The notes below the pieces were generated by a model. That model did no database searches and had not been told where the DNA came from. It saw only the letters and a program-made list of their open reading frames with translations. A DNA stretch of 64,000 nucleotides from Chrysomallon squamiferum (taxonomy: Eukaryota > Animalia > Mollusca), in NCBI GenBank assembly GCA_012295275.1, contig CM022671.1, forward strand, positions 16,120,001 through 16,184,000. The letters are read 5' to 3'. Of this stretch, positions 1-59,200 are shown piece after piece. The translations under genes and the position numbers were made by a program. Positions within the stretch are counted from its first letter, which is position 1; each line of letters starts with the position of its first letter.

Positions 1-359
1 ACTACATACACAGTGAGACATACTATATTCCTATGGCTAAATAAAACACTTTGTAAATATGTTATCATTAAATCGATACACTATACTTCCTCCAGCATTT
101 TTAATTTATTGATAACGTCTGTTTTGAGTGCTATAGAAATGTTTTACGCTTTCTGTACCAGCCGTTTTTTGTCCTTGCCTGAAAGGATAAAAATGCAGTG
201 AAACGAACTCATACAAATAACATAAGTGGGCTGTCTTGCTTGCTCACAATAGTAACATCAAACCTGTCGTTTAGTCTGCCGATATAAAGTAATTTAGTTT
301 ATGTGTTTATATATAATGAAATGTTTACAGTCACTGAAAGATAATCTGAATGCTATTCT

Positions 360-404
<45 letters not shown>

Positions 405-730
405 GGACTCAGAGATAGAAAATAGATGGATGCCTGAGAGAGACACACACATCATCTATATGGCCTCAGAGATAAAATATACGGATGCGTGAGAGAGAAA
501 AAAGATTGTCTAGTTTCTAAAACTAAACACTCACATTCACTCAGACTTAAACTACTACTATTACTACTACTACCACTAATAATAACAAAAACAACAACAA
601 CAATAATAAAACAAGATAAAAAATCTATTCAGTCGTAAACTAATTAACATATTAACGTACACTAGTTTTACATATGCTAAAATTACAGATAATGCTGTAA
701 TAGACAGTGCTATCTAATATTTGTATAATG

Positions 731-768
<38 letters not shown>

Positions 769-1778
769 TATTAACACGTAAGTCTAAAATATACATTCTT
801 TATTTAATTTGACTCTCAGAAGTATTACGCAAGCTCTCAGTTTTCAAACTGTCTGACTGGAATGTTGTATAAAAGCTAATGAATAAATTCAGTGATAGTC
901 CTTCACGTCAGTTTCCATAAATCAGCCGAAGTTAAATAAAAGAGGGGTTTAAAAAAGAAAAGCACGCTATTGTTAGCGGCGTGATTTACAAGGGGAAATA
1001 ACTCTCAACATAATTTGTTTGCAAATACTCGTGGTTACCGGATTTGTCCCGTATAAAGTTACCGCGATTAATTTGCTGAATAGTTTGTTCGTATTAATTA
1101 ACAAAGAACATAACAAAAGAGTATTTACGGTATGAAAGCTTTATAAATATTTATAACAGAAAGTTATACGTTTAACTGTAAAAGATAAATTCTTACATTA
1201 ACTATTTATTTACGAAACATTAGTACGGATTACGTCATACTAAGATTACGTAATGCAAGTTCCGAGCTCTAATTTCTACGTCTGGAAAGTTAGTTTATGA
1301 TCAGAAACACGTGATGTGATTACACAGAGGCGAGGAGAGAATAGCAGTTCATAAAAAGCCATACAAATATTGAACAAACTTTTCACAATCAATGAAATGT
1401 ATGGATTTTCAGATGAAATGAGCTGGTAATTAATCCTAACGACACGACGTTATTAATTAATCTATAAAGCAGGGGCAATTGTGTAGTTAGAGCTATTGAC
1501 TTTTCGTACCGCCTGAACACCATGAGCCTCTTACGATCTAAGTCTTCATGAGATACGTTCACACACAATGTTGTTTTAATAGCAGTTTAAACATAATTAG
1601 TGTCGATTGTATTTGAATAATTTATCAGACGCCTTTCCAAGCGGGTTAATACCTCTTATTATTTTTATAGAACCATTGCTGTCTTTTAATATATTTTTAA
1701 AAATAATTTCAACAAATTTTATCAAGAGAATAAATTTTTTATTTGCATTTTAGCCATAATAAAGCCAAGAGCACTTCT

Positions 1779-1905
<127 letters not shown>

Positions 1906-1995
1906 TTCCCTCTTCTGTCTGTGTGTATAAATATACTCGTTATGTTTTGGAAATTACTGTCATAGGGTAATATAAATTCTTTGTATGTGTTTATG

Positions 1996-2045
<50 letters not shown>

Positions 2046-2386
2046 TTGTGTAAACAATACCTAAACACAATATTGCTTCTATTGTTGCAATCATTACTCT
2101 AGTCTGGTTTAAAGACACAATTGTTATAAATCGTGTCCCGCGTACAAGTGTTTATCCCCCAAGTATTTTCACAGTGGAACTGAACGACACCTCTCAAAAG
2201 GCGTATTCAGTCATAACAAGTACTTCGTTTACATTGTTAGACTCATTTAACACGCAGACCAGCAATTTTATTGCGGCTCTGGAGCATATCTAAATCCCCG
2301 TTTATTGACTGGAACATGTTAAATTGTAACTAAGCTGAACACACAATATGGTCGACATCTTGCCGCTGCCATAGACCACGCACGGA

Positions 2387-31221
<28,835 letters not shown>

Positions 31222-32580
31222 TGACAGCAGATGTCTACATATTAGTTGTCGAAATCCTGGCGTGTTTTGAAGATTACTCTTAAATCAACCAGATGGTCTT
31301 AATTTACTAGTTTTATCTTAAGTCGTCATTTGGTCACTGTGTGAATGATGTCAGGGTTAAGTAATCAAATGCTGTTGCCATTCCGTTGATATCTGGATTG
31401 TGCTTAGGAGTGGACCTATTATTATGAATAATTTTATTCAGAGGAAATCTGCGGCTTTCATAATTCATTCAAAAAACGTGTTTTTAACAATCAGTATTAT
31501 TATTAACTTTACTAAATAATCACAGTGTGGTTTGACATAAATGTATTTTCATAAATAGCACTTCTGTTATATAAAACATTTTGGATTCAATTTTCAATAC
31601 TTGATTTTTGTTAACATCTGGTATCTAAGCCATTGTAAATGTATCTACATCACTATATGCAGGTAAGTTGAAAACAAGTTAAGGATATTTAGTCCTTTAA
31701 CATCATTTTAATTATTTACAGGTCCATTTTTTTCCCTAAAATTAGTTTAAAAACTTTAATAATTTTCCCGTTATTTACTGAATAAACAGAGTTCAAATTA
31801 TTTTGATATTTAGAACGTCTTTTTTATTTGTGGATCAAAACTGATAAATTATTAACTTAACATGATAGAAACAATATTATGATGATCACATTTTCATTAT
31901 ATACTAAAACAAGTTCTCGAAAGCATAAGATCATTAAACTGGATAAATTTAAGTTAAGTATATAATGAAAAGAAAAATAGATCCACAGTGTTTAGCAATT
32001 CTAAAATGATAAAGACTTGGATTTTTCTTACTAAGACAGCTTCAACATAAAGGATTATCTATCAACACCGGTTATTTAGAATTTAAACAGAACTACATCT
32101 AGAACACGAAAATACTGTAGTCAGTAGACAAAAGAGTAATGTTAATTAATAACAAATATATTTTCTTTTATTCCATTCAGCTATAGTGCTTATTTTGTAT
32201 GTAACAGGTAGTTATCTTACTCGTTGTTTGTGAAACTAAGATTTATCACTGATTATAGAAGGTAAGGTACGATGTAATGTGATGTATTTTGTAAATAGAG
32301 TTTAAGGTTTACAACCTGTTAATGACATTGGTGCTAACGTATCAAGGTATGCAAATTTGATTTTTTTTTTCTTCTCTCGTTTGCATAATAATGTATAATT
32401 CTGTGTTTCTGTAACACACTGGAAATATGTTCAGTATTAAACTGAATTTTATTTATTTATTTATTTATTTATTATGTTTAATGACTTTTGAATAATAATT
32501 TTGTATCGACTGTCGATTAGTTTGCATTTAAATATTTATTTGCTTAACCAACTTCCAATATTATTAATATTTTGCACCCC

Positions 32581-32631
<51 letters not shown>

Positions 32632-32718
32632 GATAACTCATGCACGCGTACAATCTCATTTTAATGTGATTATCAGCAGTTTATTTATTAAATTATGTAT
32701 CACGCAAAGAAAAAAAGA

Positions 32719-32789
<71 letters not shown>

Positions 32790-33156
32790 TTTATTTTATT
32801 ATTTTTTTATTTTTTGGGTTAATAACTGCACATTTTATTTATATCTATTGCTAATATTTTGTTGGTTTATAAAATATGAAGTGATGACACTCGCACAGAC
32901 AAACATGTACATACACACATATTAATTTTAAACTATATTTCCACATATCCATGCGTCCGTTTCCACCAACGACATACCTAATGCTGAAAGACAGACAAAC
33001 ATATTTAAAAGTGTGAGATGTTGTTACGAGTTTTAATATTATATTGACATTATTTTCTCACCAATTACGAATGCTTTAATATTTGAATTTCAGTTATGTT
33101 TGTGATGAATATTATTGTGTTTGATTTTTAATATTCTGAATTAAATTTGTTTATCA

Positions 33157-33162
33157 AATAAA
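33157..33162 (+). terminator. Candidate polyadenylation signal for unit A (an alternative AATAAA lies at 31781)
   Basis: AATAAA followed about 17 nt later by the GT/T-rich element tttgtggttttcttttt. Confidence 0.4.
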
Positions 33163-33301
33163 ACTGTTTTAAATCGACTTTGTGGTTTTCTTTTGCTACC
33201 TAAAAATATCCCCATTGCTCTATCTTTTGTTTATTGAAGTAAGTAGGCTTTTTAATTTTGTTACCGATATTGTTTATTATTTTTGAATATTCAAGTAATA
33301 C

Positions 33302-33409
<108 letters not shown>

Positions 33410-34060
33410 TAACTATAGATACACATACATATATAATTATAGATGTAGATATGAATATATATATATATATATAAATATGTATGTATATGTATATATGTAT
33501 TCGCTCTTTCCCTATGTTTTCTTTGTTTTATATATAGGACCCCACACAAAACTGTATTTGATATGTAAAATATATATAAATGTTGTTGATTATATTGCAC
33601 TGGATTGTAAAACTGTATGATTGTATTATATCCAGTACTAATAACCTTTTCCTTAATGTTTTATTATTTCTTTATTTATGTTTTATGGTTAATACTGAGT
33701 AGATTGTTGTTAATTGATTCGTATGTGTGTCTGTCCGTGTGTGGGTTTATGTCAGATCATACAAGAACATCGAATATTTTTGTTTTTCCATTCTCGATGT
33801 TAGATTATATTTATATACAACAGACAATATAGTAAAACTTTTCTTATAATTAATATAGAAATTCTAATAATGGATGAAATTTTAAGCAATTTCTTCTTTT
33901 TAAACTTGTTAAATTCACAGGTAAGTTTGAAAAAAACTAATTCTAAATTTAAAAGGATCGGACGGATTTTACTTTTAATTGTTGAAAATTAAACAAATGT
34001 AAACGAATATTTTTATGTAAAATATTATTTAGTAAAATGTTAAATCTGTGTAATATTCAG

Positions 34061-48600
<14,540 letters not shown>

Positions 48601-49059
48601 GAGAGAGATTCAAGGGAGACAAATTAGGATCTTCCTATTTCGGGAATGGGAAACCTATATTTGGGTCTTTCTCCCCCCCCTCAAGATGTAGAAAACAGGA
48701 TTTATATCGGCTTTCAAATCATCTTGGTCGAAATTCTTGGATTTCTATCAACTGTTGAAGTGAGGTGACAAACTGTTTACGTTTGAGTTTAAAACCCAAG
48801 TCTTAGTACTAAAATTTGAAACTGTTTTCAGTTTTCTCCATAATAGACTGTTGCCATAGTAATATGATGTAAAATGTAAGTGCATTGTTCTAATGCTGAT
48901 GTCTTGTTCTCAGCGTTCGAATGATCGCTGTTAGAAATTTAAACAATTGATACGTTGAATTGTATTCAGCTGCTTGGATTTGTATTGTAACAAATATATT
49001 TGTTCAACTAGAGAGAACAGAAACTAAGTTATAAAGCGTGGGGTTTGGTAAGCAAATAA

Positions 49060-49435
49060 AATTACATGACATTTTATGGAGTGAATCTATTGGTAACGTG
49101 ATAAGATGACATTTGATGGGGTAGATCCATCGGTAACTGAATAAGATGACATTTGATGGAGAGAATTCTCCAGTACAAACTTGTTAACAATGACATTTTA
49201 TGGTTCAGATTCAGTGGTATTTTAATAAGATGACATTTGATGGAGAGGAATCTCCAGGACAAACTTGTTAACAATGACATTTTATGGAACAGATTCACTG
49301 ATAACTTGTTAAAATGACATTCGATGGAGCGAATCAGTTGGTCCCGTTACAAAATGACGTTTAAAGGAGTAGATCCACGATTTCAGAAAAGGATGACGTT
49401 GTTCTCGGATTTCGTTTCAAGATGAAATGTTTACG
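49060..49435. repeat. 40-44-bp degenerate minisatellite (~9 copies) in the putative 3' UTR of unit B
   Basis: atgacatttgatgga... recurs at about 49066, 49106, 49146, 49190, 49230, 49274, 49313, 49353 and 49393. Confidence 0.85.
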
Positions 49436-50357
49436 AACAGACAGGGACTCCTTACTATATCAGTAAAATGTGTGACAGACTGACGAGATATAAGACAAAA
49501 TATTTAATATTTGTAATTTGAAAGTGTGCACTCAACTTGTACGTTATTGCCTTTTCTGTACACCTTAGAGTGAACTTATAATAGATATATTTTTCTGTTT
49601 GAAAAAAAGAAGTTAAAGTTGATACATTTATACACACACACATATATTTACACGTTCTCACACACACACGCACATACACACACACACATACAAACATACA
49701 TATTTCACAATAAATGAATTATGAATGTTAACGATGCAACACTTCAGATTCTCGTGAATCCCCAAGTTTGACATACATACGAATTAAACGATTTTACTGT
49801 GATCAGTTTTAAAAATTTATAATCAAGTTAGCTGTTCTTTATGTTTTTGCAGGTGATTTTAAAAGATTTAATAAAAATGTATATTTACTTTTCTTGTCAC
49901 AATATCTCGCCACATGTGCCAAAACCCCCCAAAAAACTTGTTTCTGGTATTCTGTTATTTGTAGTGTTACGTTTTTGTTTTGTTTGTATATTATTTATTT
50001 CAATAAAGTTAATAAATAACCCGAAAATTATGTTATTTATTAAAAAAGTTGATAATTATAATGCAACGGAACATTTTTACTAGATGGAACTTATATCAGT
50101 GACATCTTCAGACTATAATTTTTTCCGTGGAATTTGTCCCAGCTTTTTTATTTGCTCAAGGTAATAAACATTCTTTGATCTCGGTTTATAACTGTTCCTT
50201 TTTCTTCTGATTCTTATTTATTTTATTTTATATATATATATATATATTTTGTTCCTTTATAATTAATTAATAGTTGAAAACGTTCACTATTTTTACGATA
50301 CGGTCATGGGCACGATATCGTTTTCATAACCAGAAGAACTGACGACGAATCAAAAGG

Positions 50358-50865
50358 TTAGATGAGTGTTGCAGGTGTGAACGTTGGCTTTGATTTGATG
50401 ACGATGAAGTCAGACTCTGCTATGCTCAGCCACGTTTGACCGCCATCTTTACTAAGCACGTAAGCACGACCATGATTGGAGATTCCGACAAGGTCACCGG
50501 TAACGTCATCTTTACCCAACATCAAACCAACCAATGGACTGACATCTATTCAAAAACAGTCACACATTTTATTCATGTTTCGCTGAAATCATTTTGAAGA
50601 TAAAAGATATATACAGGGGTTGTAATGCCTGTACGTATTATAGATTTAAATTATATAATAATAATAATAATAATAATTTGTTTTAATTTGTGTATGTATA
50701 AGATTTTATAGATTACTGATGGTACGGGATACATTTATTGAAGATTGCTCGATGTCAAAGTATTTTTAAAAATTTTAATTTAAATATTAGACTTACCGTG
50801 ATAAAGACCAGAAACTTTTCTATGACAGGAAACGACAGACGATCGAAATCTGAAAACGGTAAACC

Positions 50866-50926
<61 letters not shown>

Positions 50927-52383
50927 GATGATGATGATAATAATAATAAATAAATAAATAAATAAATAAATAAAACATATATATAACATACACACAGACA
51001 CACACACGAGAAAGACAGTCATAGAGAAACTCTCAGTGAGACGCACAGAGATAGACATACGTACAGATATGTAAACATCCACTGAAAGACAGACACCGTG
51101 ATAAGTGTTTACAGTGAATGTATTAATTAAATCTTTATAATTAAAACGAATACAGGTTGAGAATCTTTTATCCGAAATACTTGGGCATGGAAGTTTTTCG
51201 AATTTCGGAATTTTCCTGATTTTATAATATGACGAAAACATCTAAATTTAAATGCAAAATCCATTTATATTTCATATATAAAAAGCTACAGGATTTTTGT
51301 AAAATATTTTTCTTTTAGTAATTTTGTGCATACAATAATTTCAGAATTCGGAGCTTTTCGGATTTCATAAGAGGTCCTCAGCCTGTACATCAATGTTTTC
51401 AACACTGTATTATTCTGTTTATTAATTAAAAATTATTTTCTTTTCAACGAATTAAATTAAAAATTATTTTCCTTGAATAAACTGGTGAACGTGAAGATTA
51501 GCAGTGTTTAACACTTACTTGTATTTATATTCTGCATCACACTCATACGTGTCTGACGCAAGACCAGGCATAACACTGTACGAATAAAACCCTGAAATAA
51601 AAATGATAAATATACTTATAACATAGCAGCATTATAACCTCGTCTTATCAGTTAGAATACGGTGTTCGTGTGACTGTATATTTTAACATTTTAACCTCGT
51701 CAATCAGAATACGGTGTTCGTGTGACTGTATATTCTATTATAACCTCGTCATATCAACTACAGTTGCAGTAAAATTGCACGTCTTTACGTAACAGTGCAA
51801 ATTAAATGACGTAATCCGAAACCGGAACTAATTCTAGTTACGTGACGTCATTCGTTTGTTAAAAGCCTAACAAAAGTAACGAAGGTTGTTTGAAGTAGAC
51901 GCCGAGGTGTAAACATGATGTGGAGCACAGCTAAACTTGTATTCCTTTTTCTCCAGAGTATTAAATGTTAACAGCAAGAAAACAGTACTGAGAGCTAAAC
52001 ATATTATTACTTCAAGAATGGAACGTCTAAAAACTTTTACAAATTCAATAACGTGCGCAAAATGTTATGGAAATCTGAAACAATCAGTCAAGGGAAAATC
52101 TAAAAAAAAATAAAAAAAACAAAAATAAATAAAATAAAAAATAAAACTTCCGAGTCAGTCGAGAATAGCAACTGAACTGTGATGTGGAACAAGGAAGCAG
52201 GACAGATTGCATATGCTACTGTTTTGGGGAACCTCCTTAGCAAGCACAATGGGATTCACGAAGCATTCTATCCGTCTTGCAGAGCAATCTGCCTTTAATT
52301 CATTTGTGTTTGTGTGTGTGTGAATACACATTATACATACACAAATACATACAGACACACATATATGTAAAGTCACATATATA

Positions 52384-52419
<36 letters not shown>

Positions 52420-54279
52420 CGCGCACTCACGCACACATATATGCATGAAAAATATATGCAACACACACAAACATACACATACAAATATATATATTAGGCA
52501 CACCAGAACCAATATACAATTATACATATACAAATAGACATGCATACATATATAAACACAAACGTTCGTACATAATATATACTGTACACACACATATACA
52601 CAAAACCGCACATAACACATCAACATATGCATATATACACACAACCATACAGTTTTATATAAAGATTTACAGAGAAAAAAACGAAACACAGATACAGATA
52701 TAAAAACGTACGAACAAAAACACGCATACAGAACCATACGTATACATTACACATTCAAACGTATATACGCACACACACACACGCGCGCTTGTACATAAAG
52801 ACATAACCACGTATATTCATAAAATATTCATATACAAATAAAAATTTAATATACATAAAAAACATCAGCAGCAAATGTACAGACATATATACATGCATGT
52901 ACACATAAATAAACACACATACATGTACACATAAATAAACACACATACATGTACACATAAATAAACACACATACATGTACAATATAAATTAATAGACACG
53001 TAACAATGTACATATCTTTACGTACGTAACTGTGGATTTACATCCACAAATATACAACGTTATTTTACAAACACACACGTACACATACACATACATAAGT
53101 ACAAAGATATAAAGAATACAAAAATAAAAACCTATATATGTACACATACAAAATGTACCCAAACATACACTAATACACAGATATACACATACACTTAAAC
53201 ACACAATATTCAAAAAAACGTTTTTTTTGCCTCAACCGTATTCTTTCATAATCTTTCGAATCTAACGATATTTTTATCCTGTGATCAATTACATGTATTT
53301 CACCCCAAGGTTGTTTTTTTTTTGTTTCTTTCTTTCTTTTTGCACCATCCCATAGACAAGACAGTACATACCACAACCTTTGTAATACCATTTGTCTAAC
53401 ACTAATATTACAGTATATTAAAATGCGCGCTGTTTAATTATTTGCTTTGTTATTAACAATATACGACTTTTTGTCATTTTTAGGTATTTGAAAAAACGCT
53501 AGAAATCGACGGGAAATTTATTTTAGTTATCATTTAATGATAACGCCAGAACTTTACTGTTTTATTTTCCTCCCTTCTTATTGGTCAGTCTATCGACATT
53601 CTAGCCTAGGAACAACATCATGGTCATAACAATCTCCTGATGCAGCACTCGATATGAGAATCGCCAAAATCTGACCTGCTACAAATTTCAGTGCAGTTAC
53701 TGATACAATCACATGACAACTGCCTGCTTTGTGTTATTTAGTATGAACACAACAAATTCAGAAGGACAGATTCTGTCAAACAAATTATCCCAGTCCTGAG
53801 ATTGCTTCTTGTACCACGTTTTATTAACAGTACAATTGTCGCCAAAGGATCCCTTGAAAGAGTAATAAATTAAACTTTTATTGGAAAAGAGCGAGTTTGT
53901 ACATCTAGACACACATTAAAGATGCTTTTGAACTCGGCTTATTTCGAGGTTATTCGTTAGGGACTGGTATGCGGTTAACTATTAATGTTTTAAATAAAGG
54001 AAGGAAAAATAAAAACAAACAAGGAAGATAGAAAAAGAAAATAATAATAATAATAAAGGAAAGAAAACTAATTTAAAATAAAGCTTCGGTTTAGGATAAA
54101 TTTAACTCTTGGGAAATAGGTTTTCAAAAAAATAATTTTTTTTATTCAGATAAAAGAAGAAAAAATAAAATATAACCAATAACAATAAACATAACAATAA
54201 TATTAGCAATAACAAAAATCGTGATATTTGTTATAAGTTTTTTCTAAATTAATATCTAATAAACAGAAGCACACACAGA

Positions 54280-54314
<35 letters not shown>

Positions 54315-55331
54315 CAGTATATACGTTTAGTAGTATGTAATGCAATGTAATATAAGTATACACGTTTGTATTTATATATGTATGCACATGTGTATTCGTA
54401 TATGAATGAACTAATAACTAATACACACAAACACACAGACACACATATATATAATTACTACACGCACATAAACGTACCGTCGATTTCGGGTCTACACCGC
54501 CACATTTGATCACTTGGCGCGCATGCGTCAGATGTTTCAGTGCCGCACTGACTCGCTAGGACGTCACAGCAGGCACAGTCTTGACGACTTGTGTCAAACA
54601 AACACGTGCAGTTGTTACCCGTTGTCCACGTCAGTCTCTTCGCTGCAAATTACGTATTACAGAATTAGATTAAACTTAGCTTTAATTAATTAATTTTGAT
54701 GATGCTGTTGTTGTTGTTGTTGTTGACATTGTTATTATTACTGTTGTTGTTGTTGTTATTGTTATTATTATTAGGTGTGATAGCGAATTATTATTTATAA
54801 CAATACCTACCTAAAACGTTAAACTGTAAAACGGCCTTTACATATTTTTCACGTTGTTTTTTTTTGTATTTTTAATATTTAAACTATGATTTATATACAA
54901 ACTTCATGTATATAATTTTTTTTTATTTTAATTAATTTTTTTATTTATTTATTTATTTATTTATTTATTTGTGATTCTATACATTTAATAGTAAGATCTA
55001 GCAATTCACTAATCTGCAGACAAATACTATTTGAAACGTACAACACTTTCTGTTCAGGTCTAAAACGATGTGAGTTAACGGCGTCGAGAAATCAGTTTTG
55101 TTTCTCCAGCGATCGTTGTAGATGACTTCAGCCACGACGATGTTGTCAGACGACAGTTTGACTCGCGGGTCGTCCATGTTGACCTTTTCTTTGATAACAA
55201 TCACAGTCGGGTCGCTGAACGTCAGTCTTCCAATCTAGGAAATGTCTTACCATTAACTTCTCTCTCTTAAGCGTGTGCACACACACACACATCGAAACGA
55301 ATTAAAGAACTTTCATCTTAGGTTGCATTAG

Positions 55332-55408
<77 letters not shown>

Positions 55409-56187
55409 ATATGTGTGTGTGTGTGTTTGTGTGTTTGAAAACTTCATATTGTGAAACAAAAGTATGCCAGATTAAACTAGCTGATCATAAACGTCATAAC
55501 TTGTGGCTCCCTAGATAACATTAAAGTCTTGCTTGCACATGAAACGCACTTCAGTTATTAATTATTTAAATTAATTTTAAAAAGATGAGACATGCTGTAA
55601 ACTTATTTTGTTTTATATGGAGGATAGTTGATTGATGTTCAGAATCAGAAAGGGAGACAGAAAATCGTTAAAAGAGACTGATACATCTATCTGTATTTTG
55701 CTCCCTGTCTGGTTCACATTAAACCTGTATCCCATGGGCAGGTATTGCAGCCCTTCATACGTCATCGCTGTCAGGAGATACATATTAATGATGACGTCAT
55801 AGGCGGTGGCAGTCGAATTGGGTTCGTGACCTGCGTTGACCTCCAGATTTAGACTGATGCTGGAGAGAAAGAATAAAGAGATAATTAGTATCAAGTCTTT
55901 GTTTCATCGTTTAATTTTCCCCTAGGGTAATAAGTTATCACACACTTTAGACAATTATTCAGATTCATTAATATCCTGTTAGAGTTATTGCATGCAAAAC
56001 ATGTGATTGTTTTTAGGGGATTTATGGCGATATGAAATTAGAGACGTAAAACTGAAACACATTTGAATGCTCATCGGAGTATTCTGGCAGCCAGTGTTTC
56101 TCATTATCATTCAAGAAATATGAATTAAATAAATCAGTTGCTCGTATTTGTTTTTACTGGGCTCTATCAATATTGGCAAAATAATAA

Positions 56188-56218
<31 letters not shown>

Positions 56219-59200
56219 AATCGTCGTCATCATCTTTCTTGGGAAACTGATAATGCACAAAAAGTGAATAATAAATAAATAAATAAATTTAAAAAATAAT
56301 AATAAATAAGTAAATAAATAAATAAGCAAATAAATAAATAAATGAATAAATATATGAACGAAAAAAAAAAAAAAAGAAGAAAGAACTGATCTTTGCGCAC
56401 TGAACTCAATTTAATCCATGGTTAAAAATTTTTTGCATATAATTAAGAACTTCACACGTGACAAAAGTAGATAGACCAATACTATGAGATGAGAAATGGA
56501 TCCTCAATTAACCGCAATAAATATAATTTATCTTATATGTGTTTTAATCTTCTATTTGCTGTTATACCAGTATTAGAGGACTGGTTGGACCGGACAACAG
56601 CCGAGAGGGAGCAACTTACCTACCGTCCAGACAGCACGTTTTAGCCTGGGACAAGGTCAACCCAAGGATCGGCCGTCTGTTTTCTACGTCAGGGACGTCG
56701 GTTGTAAAGGACATATCGGACACCCAGATTAAAAAGCTGCCGTATTTAACACCAACTCCGATCTTCAGCTCGGTGCCGTTCTCCATGGAAGCGTAATCTT
56801 CCAGACGAGCCGCGAAAACGACCGACAACTCCGCCTGGGGAGATAACCCATCTTTTGTCAGGTTCGGTAACTGAAGAATTCCGACGTCATTCTGATACGT
56901 CCAGAGTGTTGATCGTATAACTGACTCGATGTCGTAGAGGTGGATTTTGACGTCGTCGAGTAAGCCTTTCGAGTCGTTGCCTTCTGCAGAGATCTTCTGA
57001 ACTGTGATCATTGTTTCGTTTGATTCTAATTCATAAGGTGTCACGACTTCAACTTTCGGCGCCAGTCCGTCTTCAGCGAACGTCAGTTTAACGCCGCCTT
57101 CGATTGGCTGCCTTATTTTGATAGCCGTGGACGTCGGTGTGTTCAGGGTGACGTTGACGGGAGGAGTGTACACGTAGTCAGAAACCATTTCAAACCTCTC
57201 TGTCTTGTTGTCTAACATTTCAAACTGCATCTCCATTTTACATCTAACCAGACTGCCTGCACCTGTATCATCTAAAAGTATTCAATAATAATAACAAACC
57301 AATATTAAGGAAGAGATGAGTAGTCAAAGAGAGGTGGATTTAATTTAAATTGACATTATTTCAAATTGAAATCACTTCTGAAAATGATATCTTGGTAAGT
57401 AACTTAAAATAAATAAATAAATAAATAAATAAAAATTATAATAAGAAAAATGATGAAGATGATGATCTTCATAATCATAATTACAACAATAAAAGACTAC
57501 TTTTGTATCACATCAAAATATCAGAAACGAATTGAATTGTAACAATACTGAGACAGCAGATTAACTCTGGTTTCTCCTCACTCATGGATGCAGTCATAGC
57601 TTAGTGTTTAATCTCACCTCTAACAGTCATTGAAGCAGACCCTGAAAATCTCCACTGGTTAGCGGTCAGATCCTTTAATACAACACTATACACTTGACCA
57701 TCGCTGGACGCATTTTCAGACTGGATCTGGAGCAATTCACAAAACGAGCAAAGTCATAATAAGTTTGAAATATGTTGCAGAATAAAGATATATTGATATC
57801 TGCTGTCTAACGCAAATAAAATTATCCCTGCTTCAGAAGCAAAGAAAAAATAAATATATAATCTGTAAAGTCTACGTCTTTTAAATTATATATAATTAAG
57901 ACTGAATTACAAATAGAAGAAGTAGTTCTTATTTATTAATATTTTGTTTCACCTTTAGCCCCTGCTATTACTACTGAAACAATCACAATTCGAATATTCA
58001 AGCGGCTACTACTATAACTACAATTACTACTACTACTATTACAAATACTACTACTACTACCATCATTTCCATTACCACTAATGGTCGATATATTATTCGA
58101 CATCTACCAATACATAATAGACTAATAATAAAAGATATTGGAGGTCGTTGTAGTATATTTTACTTATGGAAAAGGAAAGGAACAAACACAAAACACTACC
58201 ATGTTCGTTGAGGACTGATTGAAATGAGCTGGTGAACCATCAACGTCCTGTGCCCCATCCAGCTGCCATTTTACTGACGTCACAGAATTTTCTGATAGCT
58301 GCAAGAAAAGTTGACTTAGTATTCAGGGTTTGAAACGGTTTGAATACCGTTATAATATCATATCATATTCCTCTTTACTTTATTGTTAAAATAAACTGCT
58401 TATTCCCATTGTGAGGAATAGCCTTTGTAATTACTGTTTATTACAGTTCTTGTTGCATTTGTTTCCAATATAGAATTATCCTGAATGCAGTTAACGTTTT
58501 AATTTTTGAGCGGTTTCTTTTATCTTTTTCATATGATATTACTTTTATTCCCACTGAGAATAATAACCTTTATAATTACTGTTTATTATGTTTCTTATAT
58601 TTGTTTAGAGTTATTCTTAATAGAGTTTAATCTTTGTTTTAGAAGTGTTGTCTTTTATTTTCCACTTCTTTCTGTTACTTGTTTCTCTTTCTTTCTTTTT
58701 TCTTTTCTTTTCTTTCTTTTCTTTCTTAATTTCTTTACTTTACTTTTTCTTTTTCTTTTCTTTTTTTTTTTTTTTTTTTTTTAAAATTCTTCTTTACGTC
58801 TCTGCCATGGATTAACTTCGGCTTTTAACTAATCAGTCTTTTCCTCGCGAATACGTGGAAAGGATCGAGTGACATTAAATATTTTATAATTGTAAATGTA
58901 TTCACTTCCAGCGCTTCTCGTCTTCGACTCACTTTATTTTTTCAAAAAAATAAAAAAAATAAAGAATCATTATTTTCGTGCAGTCGGTTTATCCCCGAGA
59001 CAGAGCAGGAAATGAAGAGGTGTCAGATTGTGTGTAATTTGTCAACGTCTACAGCAACGTCTCACAGTTAATGTCGGCAATAACCTCACTCTGTCAGTGG
59101 CTGTCGCGACGTGATATTAAACATGCAACTTTGCCATCCGCGCTAATCGGGAGATGACGACGACGTCGACGGAGAAATGCGCGAGGTTCAGTCGCAGAAG

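Noticed and set aside
33870-33920. First coding exon for unit B (MDEILSNFFFLNLLNSQ|gtaagt)
   Set aside because: It ends in phase 0 while exon 34061 needs phase 1; the join terminates at TGA near 34142.
48850-48864. RFX X-box-like GTTGCCATAGTAAT, also CTCCATGGAAAC near 41307
   Set aside because: Imperfect matches far from any predicted TSS.
52155-52292. Cys-containing segment as an extra exon of gene C
   Set aside because: All three frames hit a stop or lack a suitable donor, and exons 54478 and 51591 already join in frame.
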